This document shows, piece by piece, positions 32,584-42,317 of a stretch of 64,000 bases of DNA. Source of the DNA: Curvularia clavata. Lineage: Eukaryota. The number at the start of each line of letters is the position of its first letter. Position 1 is the first letter of the stretch. A model generated the notes under the pieces. That model did no database searches. It worked only from the letters and a program-made list of their open reading frames with translations, and was not told the DNA's origin. Location of the stretch: contig CP089275.1 in the NCBI GenBank assembly GCA_023920165.1, forward strand, positions 5,394,001 through 5,458,000. Reading direction: 5' to 3'. A program made the position numbers and the translations under genes.

Positions 32584-33336
32584 TCAGGAAAAGCGCTCCA
32601 AATGCCTCCAAGTCACCAGCTCCACCCATTTGCGTATCATCAACTCCCAGTTCTCCTTGATCTCTCCCAACTTGATCGCATCAAAAGCTGTCTTTACAGC
32701 GATATCTTCATTCATCATCTCATCTGAACTAAACATCCTGTCCACAATTTTCATATGCAGGTTCGTAGACAACATGTTCTTAAGAAGGGTAGCCATATCC
32801 TCATCGAGATCATGAGGGGTAGTCATCGTCTTTGGCATCTTCGTCACCTCATCGAGAAAGCACACGACGAAAGGGTTACAAGAGAAACCTGTCTGGAGTG
32901 AGTTGTCATCGTGTTCCAGGAAGTGGTGAGGGATGCCACCAAGTGCGACGGGGTCAAGGATTTGATCTTCAAACATCGTGTAGACATGATTGAAGATAGT
33001 CTGGGCTTCTTCAGCTGTGTACGCGATGAGGTTGTTCATGACTTCTGGCTGCTGACGGATTGCCTCGATAGCCTCCTGGTCATAGTTAAAGTGTGCACCT
33101 TGCTCAAGAGGAAGAAGTGCCTTCCAGCCAACGGTGCAGCCGCATACGCCAGGACATCGTATGATGTCGTCGGAGGCTTCACAGAACCTCCCGGTTAGAC
33201 AGTTGCGGCAGTGGAATATTTCAGGCCACTGGCAGATGAGGTGATAAAGAGGAGCAGTTATTGAGCCGCAGGTCGAGCAACAGCAACCTTCAATAATACC
33301 CATGAGCTGGGGAGCTTGAGTGGTGAAAAAACTCAT
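32584..33336 (-). CDS. Hypothetical 250-aa protein with a RING-like Cys/His N-terminus
   Basis: Intact ORF from the ATG at 33336 with CSTC-x11-C-x6-HCRNC-x14-CPGVC spacing, then an acidic helical-looking region. Confidence 0.65.
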   Translation of the reverse strand: MSFFTTQAPQLMGIIEGCCCSTCGSITAPLYHLICQWPEIFHCRNCLTGRFCEASDDIIRCPGVCGCTVGWKALLPLEQGAHFNYDQEAIEAIRQQPEVMNNLIAYTAEEAQTIFNHVYTMFEDQILDPVALGGIPHHFLEHDDNSLQTGFSCNPFVVCFLDEVTKMPKTMTTPHDLDEDMATLLKNMLSTNLHMKIVDRMFSSDEMMNEDIAVKTAFDAIKLGEIKENWELMIRKWVELVTWRHLERFS

Positions 33337-33391
33337 CTTGGGGTCGGAGGTGTGTGACGTTAGCTTATAGGCTGAAATAGTGTGGTGAATA

Positions 33392-33447
33392 GAGTGTTGA
33401 GTTTTGAGTTCTACGTTTTGAGCTTTGCGTTTTGCGTTTTGTGTTTT
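33392..33447. repeat. Degenerate 7-bp tandem repeat (8 units, G(A/C)GTTTT-like)
   Basis: gagtgtt gagtttt gagttct acgtttt gagcttt gcgtttt gcgtttt gtgtttt, in the 5' leader of the RING-like gene. Confidence 0.75.
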
Positions 33448-34213
33448 TGATGTCGAAGTGTTGATGAGTCCATAGAAGAAAAAATACCACAGATAAATAC
33501 CAAAAAATGAGTGCTGGTTGCACAATGTCGGTCCACGGAGCTGATTGTATTGTCACAATGTATCAAAGACGATGCAAATTGTTGTGCGTAATCACGTGGC
33601 TTTGTGTAGGAGGTTGGCATAGCTCAATGTGTGATCAACCAAACAAAGGCTAGGATAGTGTGTACTGAGGATAACGATAGAAAGTGAAAATGTGTATTCA
33701 AGAACGACCTTGCCTGAATAGGCGCAGCCACGCGAGGACCCAACATTCTCTCATCGCTCACTGTAATGTTGTCGTCAGTTTAGTATCATTTCTCTAGATG
33801 CGTGATGAAACCGAGATGTTAGATGAATATGCTAACGGGTTGGTCACGTGCAGCGTCGGTATGCAAGGGGCATGCCGTCCGCTGGTATACTCTTGGCAAG
33901 CCACAAAATGTATTTCTTTACTAGCTGTATACCCAAATGCATGAACGGGTGCACTTGAGGACTCAGCATGTAGTGCGATTCGCGCTCTCAAAAAGGCGTC
34001 TTTATGCTCGACGCTTTAATTCAAGTCGGGAGGTCGTGGCATAACCATACATACGTGTACGACGATGGCCAGATGTATAGAAGCTACGAGCAACAAGCTA
34101 TGCTGCAATAGCATGGGCACATACATGGGCGAGCTGCGGGGAACTAAATTTACTTGAGCTGAGCACCTGCTCTTCAACAAGGCTTTCCTACCCCGCTCCC
34201 ACGCGTCTTTATT

Positions 34214-34517
34214 ATGTGCCGGTACACTAAAGCAGAGATCATTTATTCCCAGTGTCAATTACCGGCTCAACATAAAATTGTAAAACGTCTTCATCGGAGA
34301 TGTGAAGCATCTCCAAAGCCGGGGCCAAGATGTGAGAACTCCACGTTTGATCCGACTCTTGGCACAATCCTACCTTCAATACGAAGCGCTCCGTGCAGGT
34401 TTTGTCGAGATTCAGGCACATCCGTTGGACAGGTGCATTTTGAAGATGTTAGTGTTATTACATGCTTCGTGCGTCCAAATTGTCTGACTTTACAAATAGC
34501 ACGATCTTCATGGCTAA
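34214..34517 (+). CDS. Small (~83 aa) Cys-rich non-secreted protein; intron 34448-34499
   Basis: MCRY...YSQC...H...RRC...PRC...PCRFCRD pattern. GTTAGT...CTGAC...TAG intron leads to HDLHG*. Confidence 0.5.
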
Positions 34518-34671
34518 GCAAGCAATCTGGAACAGCACCCAGAGAATGGGTGCGATACCATGCAATGTCCTATAGCCATCTCCTACTTGGCATGACCACA
34601 TGTGGTCAAGCAATCCAAAATGGGCCTAAGAGAGTGAAAAACATTGCTTTCACACTCCAGCGGTCAGACTT

Positions 34672-35403
34672 TACTTACTAGGTTGCAAGCTACATCGAAG
34701 CTCCTGAAGAAATTCATCCATGAAATCGAAAGTACCACTCCAACAAGCCTGCATCAATTTACCCAACGGCATGTTTTCAGTTTCCAGAAATTAATTCTCA
34801 GCATATAGCTCTTTGATACGGATCATCCGATCCTCAAATTCAAGAAGCTCGTAATAGGGGTTTACGTGTTATAACTTCGTACATCGCACAACCAAATGCG
34901 AAGATATTGGTCTTCCGGCTAATTCTTGGGGAAGATTCCATGTAACTAAACCACTCATAGCAGGCTCTTGCATCTTCTCCGTCAATACTGCTATCTTCGA
35001 AGTCAATAATCTTTAGGCGCTCCTGAACTATTATCCAATTGTGGCATCCAGTGTCAGCATGAAGAATGCCGTTTTCGTGCAGGTATCGCATTGCTTTTGC
35101 AGCTTCGTGCAGCCGGCGAATTTTTATCTGCAACAGTGTTTGACACGCTCAGCTTCCTCGAATCACTTCCCGGACGGTACTACCACGTTCAAGGATCAGG
35201 CCGTTCGGTGCTGCACCTAAATATCTTATAATATTTATATAGCCTTTGAGACGTTCGAGTGCGTAACGCTCTAGGTCGATTCCCACATCGTGGAATTACT
35301 TCAATATTCTTTCGTTGTCAATTGCATGTATAGTTTCTGATCCAGCAATGGTCAAAAACTCCAGATTTCTGCAGTCTATAGGCGAGAGCAAATGGTCTTG
35401 CAT
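34672..35403 (-). pseudogene. Protein-kinase-like pseudogene
   Basis: MRYLHENGILHADTGCHNW, LKIIDFE, KTNIFAFGCAMYEV and LMQACW motifs. Frameshifts and in-frame stops (near 35298, 35150 and 34790) break the ORF. Confidence 0.8.
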
Positions 35404-35978
35404 GCGGCCCTTCGTCATTCCGAAGTCCACGGTCTCATATATCTTGGGCAACAGATGGGAAGCGCATTGGTTCACCCATGCGAGGTGTGGTAGTTTGGGG
35501 TCACGATCAAGGAAGCGGGCTCATCGTTTCCTTGAGGTCTGCGAACTTGGAGCTGTGGCGCGTATAGGGGTGGATAGTGAAATAAAGGCGAAATGACAGG
35601 ATAGCTCTTCTTGTGTCTCAAGGAACGCGATAAGTGGAGGTGGTTATTTTGTAGTTTAATCTGTCTCGTTTCCGGCGCTCTAGACCGTCAATCCACATGA
35701 AATGTGATGATCGCTGGCCAGCTTGTGTGTACTGGCTCGGAGTTTCGTCGGTGGTTGAATGCATGCCGCGGCTTTTTGACCCCTGTCAGAGAAGATGCGC
35801 GCTAAGATACGAGCAGATAAGATGTTCACGCAGGTGACGCCATGCAAACTAAAGCGATGCCATAGCTATTTGAACCTACCCTTATCGTTCCCAGGTGCCT
35901 CTGGTTAGGTATTGAAGACCCCGCCTTACTCTGTATATACATACGCAGCTCCTGGCGAGCAATGAAAAGCCCACAGCC

Positions 35979-38456
35979 ATGGCAGACGAAAGAAGCCCAC
36001 TGATTCAACGCGTCGATGTCCGACCCCATCGCGACCGTTACCCTCATCATCGCCTCCGATTCTTCTGTACCACTCTTCTGAGCGCAACAATAGTCGCTGG
36101 CGGAATTGCTGCCGTTTTCTTCCTCAGCATTGCTCCTCCCAACGAAAACGAAGAAGCTTCCCTATCGCGTGTGCCGACATTCCTGTCTTCGTCTACTTCA
36201 CGAATCCCTGAAGGATGGGCGCGCAAAACAACATTAGGCTTCGACGACCTACAGAAAACGCTACTTGAGACTCCAAATGCAGAAACAGCAGAGAAGTGGA
36301 GCAGATACTACACGAGCGGACCACATCTTGCTGGAAAGAACCTCAGCCAAGCATTATGGACCAGAGAGCGATGGCAAGAATGGGGAGTGCCTAGCACCAT
36401 CGTCGACTATGAAGTATATATCAACTACCCTAAGGGCCATCGGTTAGCTCTGATGGAACGGACCGAACCTGGATACGAAAAAAAGGATACTTCTGCTGCT
36501 TCGGAGAGCACGTGGAAGGTCGCATATGAAGCGCGACTGGAAGAAGACGTCTTGGACGAAGATCGGTCCAGCCAGCTTGCGGACCGCATACCTACCTTCC
36601 ATGGATATAGCGCTTCGGGAAATGTCACAGCTCCCTATGTCTTCGTCAACTATGGAACATACCAGGACTTCGAGGAGCTTAGGGCCGCAAATGTCAGCCT
36701 GGAGGGCAAGATTGCATTGGCAAAGTATGGCGGTGTTTTCCGTGGCCTGAAGGTCAAGCGCGCACAAGAATTGGGCATGGTCGGCGTGGTCATGTACAGC
36801 GATCCTGGCGACGACGGCGAGGTCACCGAGAAGAACGGCATTGCAACTTATCCAAATGGTCCGGCCAGAGAGCCTAGTAGTGTCCAGCGAGGAAGCGTAC
36901 AGTTTTTGAGTAAGTAAGGTCTGTTATGTTTCGGTGCTTCGCTAACCCTTCCATAGGTTTTGCCCCAGGCGATCCAACCACCCCTGGTTACCCCTCGAAG
37001 CCCGACTGTCCACGCCAACCTGTCGACCATGCCATGCCACGCATCCCTTCTCTGCCCATCTCGTACCTTGATGCCCTCCCGCTCCTAAAAGCCCTCAATG
37101 ACCACGGACCGAAAGCGTCGTCCTTCAGCAGCCATTGGCACGGTGGCGGCCTGGACTACAAGGGCGTGCAATACAACATCGGGCCATCTCCAGACGACCT
37201 TGTGTTGAATCTCGTGAACGAACAAGAATACGTCACAACACCGCTATGGAATGTGATTGGAGTCATTAACGGCACAATTGGCGATGAGGCCGTCATTCTA
37301 GGAAACCACCGAGATGCTTGGATTGCTGGAGGCGCAGGTGACCCCAATAGTGGTTCGGCGGCGTTGAACGAGGTGATCCGAAGCTTTGGTGCTGCCATGG
37401 AGGCTGGTTGGAAGCCAATGAGGACCATCGTGTTCGCAAGCTGGGACGGCGAAGAATACGGTTTAGTTGGAAGCACAGAATGGGTGGAGGAATATCTTCC
37501 CTGGCTTTCTAATTCGGCTGTCGCATACCTCAACGTTGATGTTGGCGCAAGGGGACCACAATTTGAGATTTCAGCTGCGCCACTGCTGAGTAGGGTAGTT
37601 GAACAAGCGAGTAAGTGTTCATCAAGACGTATTGATTGACTTCAGCTAACACAACCTAGTCCAAATGGTTGCGTCGCCTAACCAGACAGTACCCGGACAA
37701 TCAATATATAATGTATGGGACAAGCGAATCCAGACTATGGGATCTGGCAGCGACTTCACTGCTTTTCAAGACTTCGCTGGTATTCCGTCAATTGATATGG
37801 GCTTTGGCGCTAGCTCCAAGTCTGCTGTGTATCATTATCACAGCAACTATGATTCCTTCGATTGGATGAAGAAGTACGGTGACTCCAGCTTCGAGTACCA
37901 CGCCGCTATAGCAAAGGTCTGGGCGCTCGTAGCAGCGAGACTCATCGACTTGCCTGTTCTTGAGTTGAATGCGACGGACTACGCGCTGGGATTGCAGAAG
38001 TATGTCCAAGCCGCCAAACAAACAGCACCCGCTTCTTCTCCAGACAACCTATCGCCTGAAATCTGGCAGCCTCTCGACGAAGCGGTAACTCGTTTCCTCC
38101 ATGCCTCTACCGTTCACGACGAACGCGCTGCATATCTCCAAGATGTATATTCGCGAATCGGCAGCATCCCCTGGTGGCAACCCTGGAAAAAGGTTCAACT
38201 CTTCCTTGCTATTCGTGCTGTTAATACTAAGTATAAGTACTTGGAGCGCAAATTCCTATTTCCAGACGGTCTTGACGGAAGGAGTTGGTTTAAACACGTA
38301 GTTTTTGCGCCAGGCAAGTGGACTGGCTACTCGGGCGCGACATTTCCAGGAATAGTAGAAGCAATTGGAGAGAACGATGAAGATGCCACAGAACGTTGGA
38401 TTGGCATCGTGAGCAAGGCTATTGATAGCGCTGCGGACTGGTTGGAGAGTGATTAA
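35979..38456 (+). CDS. Glutamate carboxypeptidase II-like M28B peptidase (type II membrane; PA and TFR-dimer domains; Vps70/Tre-like); introns 36910-36956 and 37611-37659
   Basis: N-terminal TM helix; PHLAG, VFVNYG, RGLKV, VQRGSVQFLS|FAPGDPTTPG; Zn/catalytic motifs GNHRDAW, GDPNSG, SWDGEEYG, YLNVD and YHSNYD; C-terminal GLDGRSWFKHVVFAPG. Confidence 0.95.
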
Positions 38457-39333
38457 GAGGCATGAAAGAATTCTTAGCTATTCTCTAGTCAGAACAGAAT
38501 ATAACGTTGATGAACAAAGGATCTTCAGAGTGATATGTTACTTGTTAATAATCTGTAGCAAGTTGTGAATAAATAGGGAATTGGCCGAGAAAAGGTTGGC
38601 ATTCCTTGACATGTTGCAACCAAGGCATTTGGACAGGTCAACAGAGTTGGGGATCAGTTAAACGACAGGGTCACAAGGCACTTGTACTGAACGAGTGTAA
38701 AAGAATTCCACCATGCCATTAGCTAAATGTTGTGACTGAGAAGGCTTCCTCAACTGTCTATATGTTCCTCCTACATCTCCTCGTTGCCAGCGTTGAGGAG
38801 GTTTGGGGCTTGGAGGTATTGTGGCTCGAACAGCGTCCGAACGGAGCAGGTGTAAAAAACAAAGACAAAGCTCCGGGGGAATCCGAGGGACATCGACATT
38901 GTGAGCGGGTCGGTCGAGGCGGGGCAGGGAGACACGGGAGACTTGGGCGCTATGAGGCGGCGACGAAGAAGGCTTTTTCTAAACCTATCAATGCTGTTAG
39001 TTTGTTTCCATCAAGACTTGAAATCAAATCAGAAAGACGAAATGTCATCACTAGGTTCTTTCAATCAAGATATTGGTCTGGATCGAGATTGAGGCTTCCA
39101 GGATGATCGCATTGTCTACCCAATTGGCCAGAGTCAAGGATCTCCGCCGGTATGGTGGACAGGCGTAATTACTCTTGCGATCCTGCTTGACACCGTATTT
39201 ATGGAAGAAATACGATGCCGACAAGCAAGGGTCGCGATAGGCGTGGGAACAGGAGAGGAATGCAGGGAAAAGAAGGACATACCTGGTAGTGCACCCACGG
39301 AGCTCAATCCCATCGTGACCATCGGTGTTGTTG

Positions 39334-39686
39334 TCATTCATCTGGTAGCCAGGCCTTGGCTGGCCACCATCGAGGAGACATACTTTGTGCCTCCTCGAGA
39401 CGAGCTCGAAGTTGATCCTTTGGTGATAGTCAGTAACCCATTATAGTTTGGCATTCAGGTGATCTCTGTATCGACTTACTGGAGTCATGGCCTGCAACCG
39501 TCTCAAGAGCGCCCTTGGCAGCTCTCGCTCCTCCTCCTCCTCCAGGGCCTCGACACTGTGGAGGAGGGAGAACCAAATGCCTCTCTCTTTATAGCTTCTC
39601 TTCTTGAGATGCTCAATCAGACCCGCGTGGGTCACCCTCTTGATCACGACTGCTTGGGCGAGCAGACTCTCTTTGAGTATGTCCAT
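39334..39686 (-). CDS. Possible small orphan protein (~96 aa); intron 39418-39479
   Basis: MDILKESLLAQ...RRLQAMTP|DQLRARLEEAQSMSPRWWPAKAWLPDE* through a canonical GTAAGT...CTGAC...AAG intron. Start uncertain and no recognisable domain. Confidence 0.35.
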
Positions 39687-40234
39687 GGCTTCTTGATACA
39701 GAGGGATGAGCTCTGATGGTAGCGGGGGCAGAGGAGGAAGAGAATCGGGAGATGGAGGTGAAGATGAGGAGAAAGGAGAGAATAATAAAAACAATGAGGG
39801 GGAGGAAGTAGAGTGAGAAAGAGAAGAAGAAGACGAGGCGGAAAGAAGGATCTCATAGCCACGGGCACGACTCGTCCGTCCGCTGGGGCTGCTGGGGCTA
39901 CTGGGGCTGCTTGGGCTACCACTGGTGCTGTCACTGGTGCTACCATTGGTGCTGCTGCTATGCTCGTGTGTAGATATTATGGGACAATTGGCAGATTTTG
40001 GGGGATCAATGGACCCGTGAATAAGATAGTGGACTGGCAATTCAGAAGATGGAGTGGCGAATCAGATAATGGGCTGTCACTGAGAAAAGGTTCCGTTTGC
40101 TCTCTTGCTGTGCCTGGCCCTCGAGCACCCCAAAATGGGTTAGGCGTGGTGAGTGTGAAGGTGCCCTCGTAGCTTCTACCCTGTACTATATCAACCCCCC
40201 GACCAGGCTCCCACCTCCAATTCTTCTCCTCCAT
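39644..40234 (-). pseudogene. Possible decayed orphan ORF with Ala/Pro/Val repeats
   Basis: ORFs 39977-40234 and 39644-39946 are in the same frame, separated by one TAA. 9- and 12-bp repeats at ~39881-39959 encode (AP)V-type repeats. Confidence 0.25.
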
Positions 40235-40596
40235 CCTCCCACTGCACCCTCAACCCGACAGTATCAGAGCCACTGATGCTATCAACAGCAGCAAGCTAAG
40301 TACACCCCTTTGTTTCTTCCCCTGCTTTTCTCCCCGCCCTTGATGCCAATCATCATAGTTGTAGTTGTTGACCTTCCCATGAAAACACGCTCTGTATCTC
40401 TGACGCAGCTTTCAACAACACAGGTAACACCCCCACAATCAGATACAGATCGCTGACGCACTCCAGGTACATTGACAGCATTGGTCGGCCACTGGTGCCC
40501 GCCGCCCGAGCAACTGCAGGCATTGCCTCGCAAAAGAACAAGCTAAGTCCCCCCTCTTCCCTTGCACTGTTTGCACATTGGAGCGGCCTATCCACA

Positions 40597-40679
40597 GACA
40601 CTCGATGATGACCAGGATGTTGTAGTTTTCAACGCGTATACCACATGGCGAACACATTAGCACCGTCTGAATGAGTGTC
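40597..40679 (+). ncRNA. Candidate box C/D snoRNA-like element (orphan guide)
   Basis: Perfect 7-bp terminal stem GACACTC/GAGTGTC encloses box C ATGATGA (40605-11) and box D CTGA (40667-70), with C'-like ATGGCGA inside. It lies ~90 nt upstream of a TTAAC...CCAG 3' splice signal. No rRNA target recognised. Confidence 0.4.
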
Positions 40680-41781
40680 GGCGAGAGCTTCTCGCCTTTC
40701 CTCCCCCATTTCCCCTCCCCTCCCCGTCCCCCCTCTCTTGTTGACAGATAGTATTAACGCACTCCAGGTTCTAAGCGAGCTTTAATTCCCATCCAGGCAC
40801 TCGGTGCCGGAGGGAGTTTGAATTGTCTATGGCACGCGATCCAGATCTGATCTCAACGAGGGCCGGGCATTACGTTCTCATACGTTCTGGTACGACCTCG
40901 TTCGCTGCGGATCTGGCGAGTTTCCAGCATGCCTAGATCAACGCGCCGGCCCATCGACCTAGCATGGCTCTTTCAATGCCTCAGCTAGAGTACGGCCTGG
41001 CTACATTTAATTTAGATCAATACCATGCTTTATTTCTTGTCTAAATCATGTGCACTGTGTCTGTTGTCCTTTGTGACCTGTGTGGGCGTCTGTATTAATG
41101 GCCGTGAGAATTTTGCACTGAAAATTGAGCCCATAGAGTGCCAGGAATGGAAAGCGGCGATATGAAAGACAGTTTGTGCGGCTTGCAAGCGAACTTGTGT
41201 ATTTGTGTGCCAGCTACAGAAGAACTTGAGCCTGCAACTCTGCCAGGTGGCGGTGTTGACAGGATTGTCAGGCTTGCTCGATTGTTCTACGTTGAAGATC
41301 CTGTATATGATCCATTTGGGCTTACAGAAGACCTCTGTGACTTAACTGTAGCGTTTGTGTGCGTGCCTGTCATGCTCCAACAGGAGAGAGAATATCATCC
41401 TCGTGTATCTACTCCTAACGACAATGTTCTGAGCATACTCTCCTAAAATCCCAATCTATGCCATGCGGAAAGGTTATATGGAGCAGCGCGTATAGTTGCT
41501 ATGATCTTTGAACTCGATTTCCAGGGCGGGCATTCTCGAGGCATGGGTTGGACCGATATTCGCTCATCTTATAGACTGGCTGCGTATACGGTGCCAGGGG
41601 TGAACTGGAGTACCTACAAGGGATCACAAGTCGGGGGAAATACTGTGTGGCAAAATAGGTAGAAGGCCTCGTTGGCTCGGCAGCTGGCCGAAGAAACTAT
41701 GGCACAGATGCCAGAGCAGGGGCGGGCATCGTCAGTGGTATGAACAGCATAAACACCAAAGCTTTTCGCAATGCGGCATCT

Positions 41782-42317
41782 ATGTTCTCAATAATGGCAC
41801 TGCTAGGCTTGATTTTCGTAGCCTCTGCACGGCAGCAAGCTGTGCTGCATCTTCATTGCGACATGTTGAGCAAACACAGTCATTGGTCAAACAAGCCGAC
41901 AAGCTGTCTCGACTCAGAACCCGAAGAACGACCACAACAGACAAATGCTACGTGAGCATGACACAGTTAGCCTCCAGTAACTGCTGAACCTACCGTGGGT
42001 GAAGCAGAAGCGCAACAGGATTGACATACGGTAGCCTGGTGTGCGGCAAGTGCTGGCACCAACCCACAAACGACGCTTTTGTACCACATCTTTACACTCA
42101 ACGCCACTTGCCGAAGCTGCCACAAGCTGCCGTCCGGGAAGAACCATCAGGTAACAAGCGACTGCAAACTGGAACTTGGCTGAACAATCCCACAGGCACA
42201 TTTAGGCGCACCTGTACGATACCCACGAGCCCCGCGATCGTCTACGGATACTTGTCGATAGAGAGCCGGCCACGTTACACGTCCAACGGCATAGCACGTA
42301 CGATACGACAAGCTTAA
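41782..42317 (+). CDS. Possible small secreted orphan protein (~150 aa); intron 41952-42034
   Basis: Signal-peptide-like MFSIMALLGLIFVASA. GTGAGC...TTGAC...TAG intron joins ORFs 41740-41955 and 42021-42317 in frame. No known motif. Confidence 0.3.

Noticed and set aside
39020..39075. GTGATGA...CTGA on the minus strand inside a possible intron, as a second snoRNA
   Set aside because: The boxes are only 12 nt apart, with no convincing terminal stem or full C/D'/C'/D set.
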